Assembly: GCA_965222375.1 (NCBI GenBank)
Contig: CBDCTZ010000015.1
Span: forward strand, 992,001 to 1,056,000
Direction of reading: 5' to 3'
Origin: Polyangiaceae bacterium
GTDB lineage: Bacteria; Myxococcota_A; Polyangia; Polyangiales; Polyangiaceae
Length of the DNA stretch: 64,000 nt
Under the pieces are notes generated by a model, which made no database searches, had not been told where the DNA came from, and was given only the letters and a program-made list of their open reading frames with translations. Positions 48,077 to 57,782 of this stretch are shown here, piece by piece (the stretch's first letter is position 1; every line of letters starts with the position of its first letter). The position numbers and the translations under genes were made by a program.

Positions 48077-49036
48077 TCAGCCTTGCGCGAACCGCTCCGT
48101 CGCGAGGATGAGTTCGTGGGTGATGCCCGGCTCCAGAGCGGAGTGGCCGGCATCGGGTACGACCGTCAACTCAGCCTCGGGAAAGGCGCGATGCAGATCC
48201 CAGGCACTACGCATGGGGCACACCACGTCGTATCGACCCTGCACGATGACCGTAGGTATGTGGCGGATCTTGTCGACATCAGCGAGCAGTTGGTCCTCTC
48301 GCTCGAAGAAGCCGCCGTTGACGAAGTAGTGGCACTCGATGCGCGCGAAAGCGAGGCTGAAGTCATCGTCTGCGGAGTGCTCGACGTGCTTTTCGTCGAC
48401 GTAGAGGAAGCTCGTACTGCCTTCCCAAACGCTCCACGCTTTTGCGGCCGTCTTGCGCACCGCCGCATCGTCATGGGTCAGCCGGGCGTAGTAGGCGGAC
48501 ATCAAATCCCCGCGTTCTGCCTCGGGGATGGGTTCCAAGTACTTTTCCCACGCGTCCGGGAACAACTGGCTGGCACCCTCTTGGTAGAACCAAGCCAGTT
48601 CGGACTTGCGCAGCATGAAGATGCCGCGCAGCACCAACTCGCTGACTCGTGTCGGGTGTTTCTGCGCGTAGGAAAGCGCCAAGGTGCTTCCCCAGGATCC
48701 ACCGAAGACCAGGAATTTGTCGAGACCCAGGTGCTCGCGTAGGGCTTCGATGTCGCCAACGAGGTGCCACGTCGTGTTGGCCTTCAAGGAGGCGTGGGGG
48801 GTGCTCTTGCCAGACCCGCGTTGGTCGAACAGCACCACTCGATAGTGCTCGGGGTTGAAGAAGCGCCGATAGCGCGAGTCGAGGCCTCCGCCGGGCCCGC
48901 CATGCAGAAACAGAGCCGGCTTGCCCTCGGGGTTGCCGCACTCTTCGAAGTACACCTCATGCCCATCGCCAACGGCGAGGGTCCCCGTGTTGAAGGGCTC
49001 GATCTCCGGAAACAGGCCGCGTCGTTCGTCGTTCAT
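48077..49036 (-). CDS. pip: Proline iminopeptidase
   Basis: HGGPGGG, FDQRGSG, GGSWGS, GRYDVVCP, AGHS. Confidence 0.93.
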   Translation of the reverse strand: MNDERRGLFPEIEPFNTGTLAVGDGHEVYFEECGNPEGKPALFLHGGPGGGLDSRYRRFFNPEHYRVVLFDQRGSGKSTPHASLKANTTWHLVGDIEALREHLGLDKFLVFGGSWGSTLALSYAQKHPTRVSELVLRGIFMLRKSELAWFYQEGASQLFPDAWEKYLEPIPEAERGDLMSAYYARLTHDDAAVRKTAAKAWSVWEGSTSFLYVDEKHVEHSADDDFSLAFARIECHYFVNGGFFEREDQLLADVDKIRHIPTVIVQGRYDVVCPMRSAWDLHRAFPEAELTVVPDAGHSALEPGITHELILATERFAQG

Positions 49037-49129
49037 GCTTTTTACGCTTGCAGAACCCGGCGCGGCTGTCGACAGCGAGGCCCGCCGGCTCGACGGCAGG
49101 GCCGTCTGCGTGGTAGGGCGCACGACTCA

Positions 49130-49921
49130 ATGGACGAACACGGCGGAAACGGCGGCTCAAATCCGACGGACATCACAGTGGCGGTGCGCACCGCGCGGCG
49201 CGGGTTCCGGCGGGATGTCGAGCTGCTGGTCAAGTTGCTCGATCGGGGCCGGGTCTACGTTCCCCTGGCGAAGGCCATCGAGGGGGCGGCAGCGGGCGAA
49301 GAAGTCGAGGCGACCGAGGGCATGGAGATCGCTCCTCATATGTTGGTCGACGAGGAGGGCAACGTCTATGCGACGCTGTTCACGCGTACGGACCTGCTGG
49401 AGCCCTTGGTCGAGGAGCTGGAGTGGACCACCGATGACGGCCCGCTGGAGTTCGCGGCGGTGCCGGCGCGGGCTGCGTTGGAAATGGCCAGCGGAGTCGT
49501 GGATGAGGAGTCCGTCGCGGCCCTCGTCATCAACCCCATGCATGACTCCGAGCTGATGCTGCGACGTGACGAGTTGCGCAGCATCGTGGCCGGCAAGGCC
49601 ATCCCCCTCGTGGGCTACGTGAGCGAGATCCCCGAACAAGACTTCGAAGAGACCTTGTTGGCGGAGCGCGAGCTGCCCAAGGCGCTGTCGGACGCGGTCA
49701 AGGGTTGCCTCGATGGCTTGGATGGCATTCTGGGCTACGAACTGGTCTGGACGTTCAACGCCGAGCGTGACGTCGAGGCCCATCCGACCCTGAAGGTCCA
49801 GACCACTCGAGCTACCGACGAGCTCAGTGATTTGGCGCAGCGTATCGTGGAGAGCGTGAAGGACCACGTGCCCGCGCCGGGCTATATCGATGTGTTATTC
49901 GAGCGTACCGATTTGCAATGA
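49130..49921 (+). CDS. SseB-family-like protein
   Basis: 'VYVPL...LFT..L...ALVINP..EL.L' pattern. Confidence 0.6.
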   Translation: MDEHGGNGGSNPTDITVAVRTARRGFRRDVELLVKLLDRGRVYVPLAKAIEGAAAGEEVEATEGMEIAPHMLVDEEGNVYATLFTRTDLLEPLVEELEWTTDDGPLEFAAVPARAALEMASGVVDEESVAALVINPMHDSELMLRRDELRSIVAGKAIPLVGYVSEIPEQDFEETLLAERELPKALSDAVKGCLDGLDGILGYELVWTFNAERDVEAHPTLKVQTTRATDELSDLAQRIVESVKDHVPAPGYIDVLFERTDLQ

Positions 49922-50790
49922 CAGACCCTCGCCCGGACTTACTCAAAGCGGGGCGCGACAAACTCAGCGCCATGGAGCGGGCTCAAATCCGCTGGATCGG
50001 TCGCACCTTCGAGCCCGGCCCCCGGGATCGCATCATTCGCGCTTGCCAGCGCACAGTCGGTTCCACCTGGATCCACCACTTCACCAAGCACTTGCGGTTC
50101 GTGCACAACTTGGAGCGCGTCCCGGACTTCGCTCCGGATCAAAGCTACATCTTCGTTTCGAATCACCGAAGCTTCTTCGACCTCTACGTGATCACGGGGG
50201 ATCTAGTGCGCCGGGGCTTAAAGCACCGCATCGTGTTTCCGGTGCGCTCGGATTTCTTCTATGACCGGGCCCTAGGGTTCTTCGTCAACGGCGTCATGAG
50301 CTTCTTCGCCATGTATCCGCCGGTGTTCCGCGACCGCAAACGCGCTGCGCTCAACCTGATCAGCTTGGACGAACTCGCCTGGCTCGTGAGGCGCGGTGGC
50401 GTCGTCGTGGGCGTGCACCCGGAGGGCACGCGCAAGCTCGATGACGACCCCTATACCTTTCTGCCGGCTCAGAGCGGCGTCGGACGGCTGATTCACAAAA
50501 GCAAGGTCACCGTGATCCCCGTATTCATCAACGGACTGATCAACGATCTAAGGCGTCAGGTACTGAGCAACTTCGACGGAACCGGACGGGAGATCCACGT
50601 CGTCTTTGGGTCCCCCGTGGACTTCGGCGACCTGTTGGGCAAACCCGGCAGCCCGCGCACCTACAAGGCCATCGCAGAGCGCTGCATGGAGATCGTGGGC
50701 GAGTTGGGGCAAGAAGAGAAGCGGCACCGCGCGGGTGGCGCAGCGGATGGTTCCACCCGCGCAGCGGCCGCTTCCAGGTCTGTTGGCTGA
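49918..50790 (+). CDS. Lysophospholipid (PlsC-type) acyltransferase
   Basis: NHRSFFD and HPEGTR motifs. Confidence 0.88.
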   Translation: MTDPRPDLLKAGRDKLSAMERAQIRWIGRTFEPGPRDRIIRACQRTVGSTWIHHFTKHLRFVHNLERVPDFAPDQSYIFVSNHRSFFDLYVITGDLVRRGLKHRIVFPVRSDFFYDRALGFFVNGVMSFFAMYPPVFRDRKRAALNLISLDELAWLVRRGGVVVGVHPEGTRKLDDDPYTFLPAQSGVGRLIHKSKVTVIPVFINGLINDLRRQVLSNFDGTGREIHVVFGSPVDFGDLLGKPGSPRTYKAIAERCMEIVGELGQEEKRHRAGGAADGSTRAAAASRSVG

Positions 50791-50801
50791 GCTCCGCTAG
50801 C

Positions 50802-51245
50802 TCATTCGTCGTCGAAGAACATGGGCTCGCGATGAGCCAAGAACTCTTGAATCGCGGCGTGGTCTTCGTCTGAAAGCTCCACGAAACGCAAGCCCACCCC
50901 CGGGGAGACGTTGCTGCGCTCGTGATACTCCCGCACCCAGCGCACTTCGCCCCTGGCGCGAACAGGATCCTCGCGATTGGGAAGGTTCAGGGTCACGTCC
51001 ATGAACTCGCCGACGGGCTTGAGCATGTGAGTGGCGATGAAGATCCCGCCAACACTCATGTTCTCGATGAAGCCGGCGTAAAAGTTGTGTTCGCTTTCGA
51101 AGGTCACATCCATTTCCACCGCGTAGCGTGAGAACACGCGCCGGTTGGGGCCATCTGCAGGCACCATGCTCGGCAAGCGCTTGATCTTCGCTTCCGGATG
51201 ATGACTAGGTTGGACGACGACCTCTTGTTCCGCTGCTGCTGCCAT
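50802..51245 (-). CDS. TIGR02266-type myxobacterial PilZ-domain protein
   Basis: RRVFSR..SEHNFYAGF.ENMSVGGIFIAT...GEVRWVR...GVGLRF. Confidence 0.85.
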   Translation of the reverse strand: MAAAAEQEVVVQPSHHPEAKIKRLPSMVPADGPNRRVFSRYAVEMDVTFESEHNFYAGFIENMSVGGIFIATHMLKPVGEFMDVTLNLPNREDPVRARGEVRWVREYHERSNVSPGVGLRFVELSDEDHAAIQEFLAHREPMFFDDE

Positions 51246-51257
51246 TTTCGCTGCTCC

Positions 51258-52379
51258 TTACTTGCTGATTGGATGCGCTGCCGCCACCGCGAGTGGAGCA
51301 ACTTCGATGTGTCTTTTCGAGTCCTCGGTGTCCACGGCGCGGACCACGACTTGCTGGCCCAGCGTGGGCGTCGGCACGTGGCCAACGCTCTGGCCGATGT
51401 CGCCCACCTCACCTCCGTAGACGGTGATTCGGCGCGGCACGTCCGCGCACTGCCCCTCGCAGCTCTCGGGCACGAGCCCCAACTCGGAAACGATCATTCC
51501 ACCTTCGAAATGCGCGACGGCGGAATCCACCCGGAGCTGCGCCTCGTAGGCCACCCCAACACTGGCAATTGGAGTATCCCCAAGGCTCGGCAGAGCCACC
51601 GCCAACATGCAACCGGCGAGCGACATGGACAGCCCCGCGCGCCGACGGCGGCGTCGAGACACGAAGGGAATCATCCCCAGCGCCAGCACCCAGAACCCCA
51701 TCGCGCCGGCGTTGCGACCAAGAGCAACGCTGCAGCCCTGGGCACCAGCTTCGGCTTCTTGGGGCCCGCCTTCATACAATGCGAACAACTGCTCTAGATC
51801 TTCCGGTCCGGGTACGCGCTTCTTCACTTCCCCGGGCTGGGTGTAGGCGTACATCGTGGCGTGTTCGTGCTCGTAGTCTTCGCCAAGACCCAGGAAATGC
51901 CCCATCTCGTGGGTCATCGTGTTCTGCAGGTCATAGGCGACCGGCGCGTTCTTCCCCTTTGGCGCCTCACCATTGAGCTTCCGAAACTTGTGCTGGCCGT
52001 TGATGACGATGTCCGCGTCCAGCAGCACGCCGGTCTTGGTGTTGTAGGTCCGGACCGTGACCGCGAGAGCGCCTTTTACCTCCGGACAACCCTTCGGCTC
52101 GAAGCGAATCGAGTTTTCGTTCTTGCCGCCGGGCACATATCCGATGGGGCCGGTTTCGCCGGTCTTGAGGGTGAGCTCTGGAGAAGCATCCGAGGCACTT
52201 GCCCAGGCCAATCCGGCGTGAAGTGCGGCGGGAGTGCCGTGCAGCCCGGCATCCTCGAGGGACTCGTCTACGACGACTTCGACCCGGGGCTGGTGCCACT
52301 TCACCGGCGTGGCCCAGGCTTTTGGCGCAGCACAGAGTGCGGCCAGAGCGCTAAGACAAAGTGCGGTGCGACGGTTCAC
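51258..52379 (-). CDS. Matrixin-like zinc metalloprotease with internal MYXO-CTERM-like segment
   Basis: DADI..N; DLQNTMTHEMGHFLGLGED; ATMY Met-turn; 'GCSV..TM..RRRRRR'. Confidence 0.8.
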   Translation of the reverse strand: MNRRTALCLSALAALCAAPKAWATPVKWHQPRVEVVVDESLEDAGLHGTPAALHAGLAWASASDASPELTLKTGETGPIGYVPGGKNENSIRFEPKGCPEVKGALAVTVRTYNTKTGVLLDADIVINGQHKFRKLNGEAPKGKNAPVAYDLQNTMTHEMGHFLGLGEDYEHEHATMYAYTQPGEVKKRVPGPEDLEQLFALYEGGPQEAEAGAQGCSVALGRNAGAMGFWVLALGMIPFVSRRRRRRAGLSMSLAGCMLAVALPSLGDTPIASVGVAYEAQLRVDSAVAHFEGGMIVSELGLVPESCEGQCADVPRRITVYGGEVGDIGQSVGHVPTPTLGQQVVVRAVDTEDSKRHIEVAPLAVAAAHPISK

Positions 52380-52442
52380 GATCTAGGTGAACGGCCCCGG
52401 CCCTCACCGCTTGAACGAAAAACCTGCCCCTTGAGCGGCGAA

Positions 52443-54425
52443 CTACGAGAAATGTGAGCGGGTGCGCGTGCATGTGGGTGCGCGCACGACCTCGAGCAGA
52501 CCAGGCGGATTGAGCTTGTCCGCGTGATCGAGGCTGCTGGAATCAATCCGATACAGCCAGAGCCGAGGCGCGAAACCGAGCACCAAGATCAACACCCCCA
52601 CGGTGACGATGGTTGCGCGCTCACTTTCGCCCAGACCGACGTCACTGCGTCCGCCTTCCCTGGCGCTGCTTCCGGCGCTGAGCGCACGCTGAACGGCGGC
52701 AAACCCTGCCCCAGCGCCGAGGATCACCGCGGCGACGATGAGAGGCACCGCCCAAGTCCTCAGAGGCATCGTGGCGATGACCGTCTGCGCCAGAGCGATG
52801 AATCCCACGGTCGCTGGGGCTCCGGATGCGCCGGCGAGCCCGACCACTGTGCAGCCGACGAGTACGGGGTCCGGGGCAGCTTCTTCAGAGTCATCAGATT
52901 GCTCCGGCTGCGCCAAGCTCGCCGCCGACAGCACCGCCACCACGGACAGGGTGCGCGCGACGACGAGCAGCAGTGCCGCTTGAACCGCAGCGCCCGTCAG
53001 GGAGCCAAGGGCCACCAGGGTCAAGCTGGCAGAAATGCCACCCAAAGAGAGAACCAAACCTCGATTGTCTTTGCGCGAGACGGCTGACAGGGCGGCGAGC
53101 AGCGCGCCGGCAATGCCCAGGGCGACCAAAGTCTTGGACGACCAAATCAGACCCGCGGGAACCAACCCGACCAGGAAGCGAACCAGTCCGTAGCCCGCGG
53201 TCGCACTCACAGCCGCGAGCAACACAATCTGAACTGGAAGGCTGGAGCGCTGAGCCAGGGGCTTCGCGTAGCCCCCCAGCAGCGGAACTCCCAGCAGCGG
53301 CAAAAGACCAATCAAGAGCAGCGGCACCACGATCCGCGCGGGGTGCCCGCCCGCCAGGACTCCGTGATCGATGACGTAGGGCAGCTCCATGAACGAAGTC
53401 ACTCGGGTCACGGCAGTGCCATCGAGCAATAGCCCCTTGCTGGATAGCGCGAGCAACCAGAGCCCTCCGGCCGTCACGAGCGGTGCGCCCGCAACGACAG
53501 CACCCGCTCGCCCGCAGCCATGAGCCCGGCACAGCCAGGCGGAGGCGCCGGCCAATGCCACCCAACCCACGCTGACGGTCGCCACGTCTTGGCCCACGAT
53601 GACCATCGAGAGGGCGGCCTGAACCAGGGCCAGCGCAGCCCAAATTGCCGTGCGAGCCTCCTTGCGACCCAGAGCTGCAGCGGCGAGGACGAGCAGTGGA
53701 ATCAGAATCGCAAAGGTGACGGAAAGCCCGTCCAAGCCGTAAGCAATCTCGATGGATGCGCGCGGAATGAGGATCGTGCGCTCCAGCCAATGGAACCCTT
53801 GGCCACCGTCGTAGCGGGACAGCGCCGGGTCCATACGGACGGCGCAAGCCAAGCTCAGCACCGCAGACCCCAGCGCGCCGGCACCAACCACCTTGCGCGC
53901 GGCATCCGGCGGCAACTTCTTGCGGACCAAAAGCAGCCCGATGGCGACGACCAGCGGGATCAAGATCAACGCGAAGGGAAAGTGGCGCAAGGGGTCGCCT
54001 TCGAGGCGGTGCGCATTGAAGGCAACGCCGATAGCCTGGGGCTCCGGGTCGCCGGCTGCAGCGACCAAGATATGCCCTCGGAAGCGCCGGACGCGAGAGT
54101 CCCGCCTCGGCGCGTAGCGCACCACGGCCTCTGCCTTGGCCCCCGGGGCGATCCGGGTCCTGCCCGCCGCCATTTCGACTTTGGTTTCGCGAGGTACGTG
54201 GGGTGCGTACTCTCCGCCCGTGCGCACTTCGAGTTTGGAGATCTCGACGGGCTCGGTCCCGGTGTTCAGAATCGCAAATCGCCCGGAGTATTCTCGGGCG
54301 GCTCCGCGCAGCTCGATGCCGGGCGCATCCTTTTCAGGAGCTAGCCGAATTTGCGGTGCGGCGCTAGCCAGGTCTGAAAAGCAGACCAGCGATAGCAAGA
54401 GCAGCAATCCGAAAGCACGACTCAT
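52443..54425 (-). CDS. NuoM-like membrane protein with N-terminal exported domain, degenerate
   Basis: 'WLERTILIP..IEIAYGLDGLS', 'GYGLVRF', 'GAPATVGF', 'LILVLGFAP' NuoM-type motifs; signal peptide and Ig-like N-terminal region. Confidence 0.7.
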   Translation of the reverse strand: MSRAFGLLLLLSLVCFSDLASAAPQIRLAPEKDAPGIELRGAAREYSGRFAILNTGTEPVEISKLEVRTGGEYAPHVPRETKVEMAAGRTRIAPGAKAEAVVRYAPRRDSRVRRFRGHILVAAAGDPEPQAIGVAFNAHRLEGDPLRHFPFALILIPLVVAIGLLLVRKKLPPDAARKVVGAGALGSAVLSLACAVRMDPALSRYDGGQGFHWLERTILIPRASIEIAYGLDGLSVTFAILIPLLVLAAAALGRKEARTAIWAALALVQAALSMVIVGQDVATVSVGWVALAGASAWLCRAHGCGRAGAVVAGAPLVTAGGLWLLALSSKGLLLDGTAVTRVTSFMELPYVIDHGVLAGGHPARIVVPLLLIGLLPLLGVPLLGGYAKPLAQRSSLPVQIVLLAAVSATAGYGLVRFLVGLVPAGLIWSSKTLVALGIAGALLAALSAVSRKDNRGLVLSLGGISASLTLVALGSLTGAAVQAALLLVVARTLSVVAVLSAASLAQPEQSDDSEEAAPDPVLVGCTVVGLAGASGAPATVGFIALAQTVIATMPLRTWAVPLIVAAVILGAGAGFAAVQRALSAGSSAREGGRSDVGLGESERATIVTVGVLILVLGFAPRLWLYRIDSSSLDHADKLNPPGLLEVVRAPTCTRTRSHFS

Positions 54426-56779
54426 GGCTTCCTCTTGCGGTTCTTCTTTTTCGGGCGCTTCTTCGACTGAGCGGGCGGCGCTTCGATGTCCGGATCCGAC
54501 GGGTCCGTTTCGGCGGCTGCGTCCTTCGAATCCGATGCGTCCACTTTCTCGGGTGCGTCGTGCGAATCCGACGGCTCCGCCTCGGAGGCTGAGTCTTGCG
54601 CATCCGTTCGGGCCTCTGGGCCCGCGGGCTCTGCAGGCGCCGCGAAGACGGCGTCTTCGAAGCGATTGATGGCCGCGCCGACCCCCGCAAAGGCCGGGGC
54701 CAGGGGGGCCTGTTCTGGTTCGCGCACGAACAAGCCGTGCAGGGGCCGCTTCGATTCCGAGGCCTCGAAGTCGTCTCCAGAGTAGCGCCGCCTCGCCAAG
54801 AAGAAGCCGACGAGGGCGGGGAGGAAGCCGACGCCGACCCAGATCAATTGCACGTCACCCAAGAGCCGCATGCTGGGAGCTTCCACCGCGGGCGTTCGGA
54901 AGAGCGCGGCCAGCCAGGCCGGTGGCGTGCCGATGAGCGGCCCGGAGATGGCGACTCCTCCCAGCACGATGCCGACGACTGAGAGCACCCACGACCACGC
55001 GCTTCTGCTCGAAGGCTTGGAGCCCGAAGCCGACTCACATGCCGCAAATGCCAAGCGCCACACGGCAAAGGCGACCAACCCGAGGCCTATCGCCGTCACG
55101 CCGGCGATGACGAACCCGGGGATCACGCTGCCCTGCATGCCGGCCCCGGCGCGCAAAAGTGCATCTCGGCCAAAAAACGCTCCGAGAAGGGGCACGGGGG
55201 CGCCGCTGGCAACCGCCGCAGCCAAATACGCCGCTCTGCGATCGACGCCGCGGCTGCCTTTGGCCATCGACCATGCGCCCGTAGCCAGGAGCAGCGCACA
55301 CAGCCCGATTGCCGTGACGACCGCGAAGAGCACCGCCCGGGCACCCGCGCCTGCAGCGACGCCCGCGAGCGCAGCGAGCAGCGCAGCGCTCGAGGCTTCC
55401 ACGAAGACTCCACGAGAACTTCGAGCGAAGCCGGCCCGCGCAGCAAAGCCTCCACACAGCACGCCGGCAAGCAACGCCACCCACGCCGCAGCTGTTTCGT
55501 TCATCGCAAACACGTATTCAAAGCGATGCATGAAGACGGCTGCAGCCAGCGACAGCAGCACACTGATGCCCGCAGCCAGGGTGTCACTCCGTTCGTCGTC
55601 TCTGGGCGAGGACAGCGCGAAACCGAGAACCGAGAGCAAAAGCAGGGCGCTCACCCAAGTCGTTGCGTAGAGTCCACCGAGTCGACGCGAAGAAAGCCCG
55701 GCACGGTGGACGAAGCTGCCGCTGCTATCGCGCAGGCGCATTTGGTCGGTGGCGGCCCGTGGCGACAGGGTAGGCCCAGTGGCGACGATCGAGGTGCGGA
55801 CGCTCGGATAGATGCGCACCTTTTCCGCGCTCAGGTCGTAGCTGCCGGGTCCGGTGAAAACGGTCAGATCGTGAAGCGCCGCGGGGAACTCGAGGCCGAC
55901 GAAAGGTGCGCGCGCCTGCTTCTTGCAGGGACGGCTTGGGATACCGATCCCGCCATGCCTGCCGTCCGCGTCGCGCTCGCACAACTGCGCGGTGCCGACC
56001 TTCACCCGGGAGCCGCTGAGGGACAGCATCTCGATTCGCCCGTTTGCATCCCGCGGCAGGCGGGTCTTCTTCGCCGCTTTGGGCAAGGCATCCGGATCCT
56101 GCACGCCCACGAGTCGTGGTCGAAAATCCACCAAGAAGTCGCCACCCGGAGCCCAAGACCCCGACAACCCCCAAAACACGACGCCAGCGGCGGCGAGAGC
56201 CATCAGCTCAGTCATGCGTTGAGCGGCGAAGCCAGCTCCGCGGGCAGCCTTGCCCTGGCGCGTGGCAGAGACGAGCAGTGCCAAGGCGGTATGAGCGAGC
56301 GCCCAACCCGCGATGGCCATCACCACGTCGTCAGCGAGGATGCTGAGTTGAACGGCGCCCGCAACGGCAAGCACGGCGCCGAGCCGCCCCATGTCCGCGC
56401 CCTTGCGCTCGTGCACGACGAAGCCCAATACGGCAAGGGTCGACGCCAGAAGCGCAGCCCCAGACACTGTGTCCAACAGCAAGGACAGCTCGATACTCAC
56501 CGAGCTGATCCGGGCCAGCGTCCACAAGTGGCAAATCAGCAACTGGGGCTTTGCGGTTGAGAGCAGGAGAAAGCCCAGCGCGTAGAGAGTTACGGCGACG
56601 GACAGGGCGGAAGCGACTAGCGCGCCGTTGCGCGCGAGCCCTTCGGCCGGCTTGTGTTGCTCTCCGGTCAGATAGGCCGCCCGCAAACACAGCAGCGTGC
56701 CGATCCAGGGCGCTGCCACCACGACCCACAGAGTGAAGTCCAGCTCCACGCGATCCAGTTGTCCGGCCAGCTCAAACAT
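54422..56779 (-). CDS. NuoL-like membrane protein with inserted soluble domain, degenerate
   Basis: 'LWTLARI...IELSLLLDTVS', 'SGAPVPLLGAFFGRDALL' (cf. G.P..AGF.SKD.I); acidic/basic tail. Confidence 0.65.
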   Translation of the reverse strand: MFELAGQLDRVELDFTLWVVVAAPWIGTLLCLRAAYLTGEQHKPAEGLARNGALVASALSVAVTLYALGFLLLSTAKPQLLICHLWTLARISSVSIELSLLLDTVSGAALLASTLAVLGFVVHERKGADMGRLGAVLAVAGAVQLSILADDVVMAIAGWALAHTALALLVSATRQGKAARGAGFAAQRMTELMALAAAGVVFWGLSGSWAPGGDFLVDFRPRLVGVQDPDALPKAAKKTRLPRDANGRIEMLSLSGSRVKVGTAQLCERDADGRHGGIGIPSRPCKKQARAPFVGLEFPAALHDLTVFTGPGSYDLSAEKVRIYPSVRTSIVATGPTLSPRAATDQMRLRDSSGSFVHRAGLSSRRLGGLYATTWVSALLLLSVLGFALSSPRDDERSDTLAAGISVLLSLAAAVFMHRFEYVFAMNETAAAWVALLAGVLCGGFAARAGFARSSRGVFVEASSAALLAALAGVAAGAGARAVLFAVVTAIGLCALLLATGAWSMAKGSRGVDRRAAYLAAAVASGAPVPLLGAFFGRDALLRAGAGMQGSVIPGFVIAGVTAIGLGLVAFAVWRLAFAACESASGSKPSSRSAWSWVLSVVGIVLGGVAISGPLIGTPPAWLAALFRTPAVEAPSMRLLGDVQLIWVGVGFLPALVGFFLARRRYSGDDFEASESKRPLHGLFVREPEQAPLAPAFAGVGAAINRFEDAVFAAPAEPAGPEARTDAQDSASEAEPSDSHDAPEKVDASDSKDAAAETDPSDPDIEAPPAQSKKRPKKKNRKRKP

Positions 56780-57053
56780 CTCGGGATTGCGCGACGCACA
56801 GGGTAGCGCGGCGCGGACGGTAACGCGCCGGGGACACCGCCTTCAAGCTTCCGGAGGCTACGGTCCGAAGTCGGGGCGATTCGCACGCTCCACGGGATCC
56901 GCGGGGCTGCGGCAGCTGGCCAACGCGCGAGGTTCGGGCAGCATCCTCGCCCCAGGCACGCTCGGGTCGGCCTGGGCCCTTGTGGCCGAGCCCCACCATG
57001 CGGTGGCACGCATCCAGCGCTTCAGACTCGCCAATTCGCTGTACGCGACATCG

Positions 57054-57776
57054 TCAATCCGGCGCCGTTCCCGCCTCAGGGCCCGGCGAAGAGTGATTCA
57101 ACACCGCTGTCACGACGTCTTCGGCTTCGAAGTCGTTGTTGTCCCAAGCCCGGATCTCATTCAACCCAGGTGCCCATAAGGCGGCCTTCACTCCGTGATT
57201 GATGGTGCCTTTTCTGTCGGGCAAGGCCAAGACGCCAATCAATGACGGAAGTCCCTTCCGCATCAGGCCGTTGGGGCCCGTAGCGAGGGTCCAATTCGAA
57301 AAGTCGACGTCATAAAGTTTTCCGTATTCCTGAAGCGCTCTTGGCGTGTCGTTGTCGGGATCCAACGTCAAGCTCAGGAGGCGCAACACACGCCCTTCCG
57401 TTTCCCCTTGTGCCTGGCGTTGTCCCCACGCCACCTGCACCTCGCGCATCTTGGTCATGGTGAGCGGGCATGCCTTTCGCACCTGGCAGTGGCTGAACAC
57501 GAGCCCCACCAGCACGTAGCCGTCTGCCAGCTCGGAAAGTCGGAACGATTTGCCAGCTTGATTGACCAATTCGAAGTCGGGGATCGGAGCTGGGTGGTCC
57601 CATTCGTCCACCAACTTCTGCCAGTCCTGCGTAGGCTCGTGCGGCTGAGCTTCACGGGTGGGTGGCGGTGCCGAGTTGGGCTCGGGTTGGGCGCCAACCG
57701 CTGCAGGAGTACACGCGCCAGCAACGAGCAACGCGGCAACTTTCCAAATATCAAATCCACGATGTAGCCAGGTCAT
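57054..57776 (-). CDS. SCO family copper-chaperone-like lipoprotein
   Basis: PDFELVNQAG..FSHCQVRKACP..SLTLDPDNDTP..INH. Confidence 0.85.
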   Translation of the reverse strand: MTWLHRGFDIWKVAALLVAGACTPAAVGAQPEPNSAPPPTREAQPHEPTQDWQKLVDEWDHPAPIPDFELVNQAGKSFRLSELADGYVLVGLVFSHCQVRKACPLTMTKMREVQVAWGQRQAQGETEGRVLRLLSLTLDPDNDTPRALQEYGKLYDVDFSNWTLATGPNGLMRKGLPSLIGVLALPDRKGTINHGVKAALWAPGLNEIRAWDNNDFEAEDVVTAVLNHSSPGPEAGTAPD

Positions 57777-57782
57777 TTCACT

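Noticed and set aside
56780..57053. Small nuoK/nuoJ-like gene before the nuoL-like gene
   Set aside because: The minus-strand frames here are not hydrophobic; no TM helices
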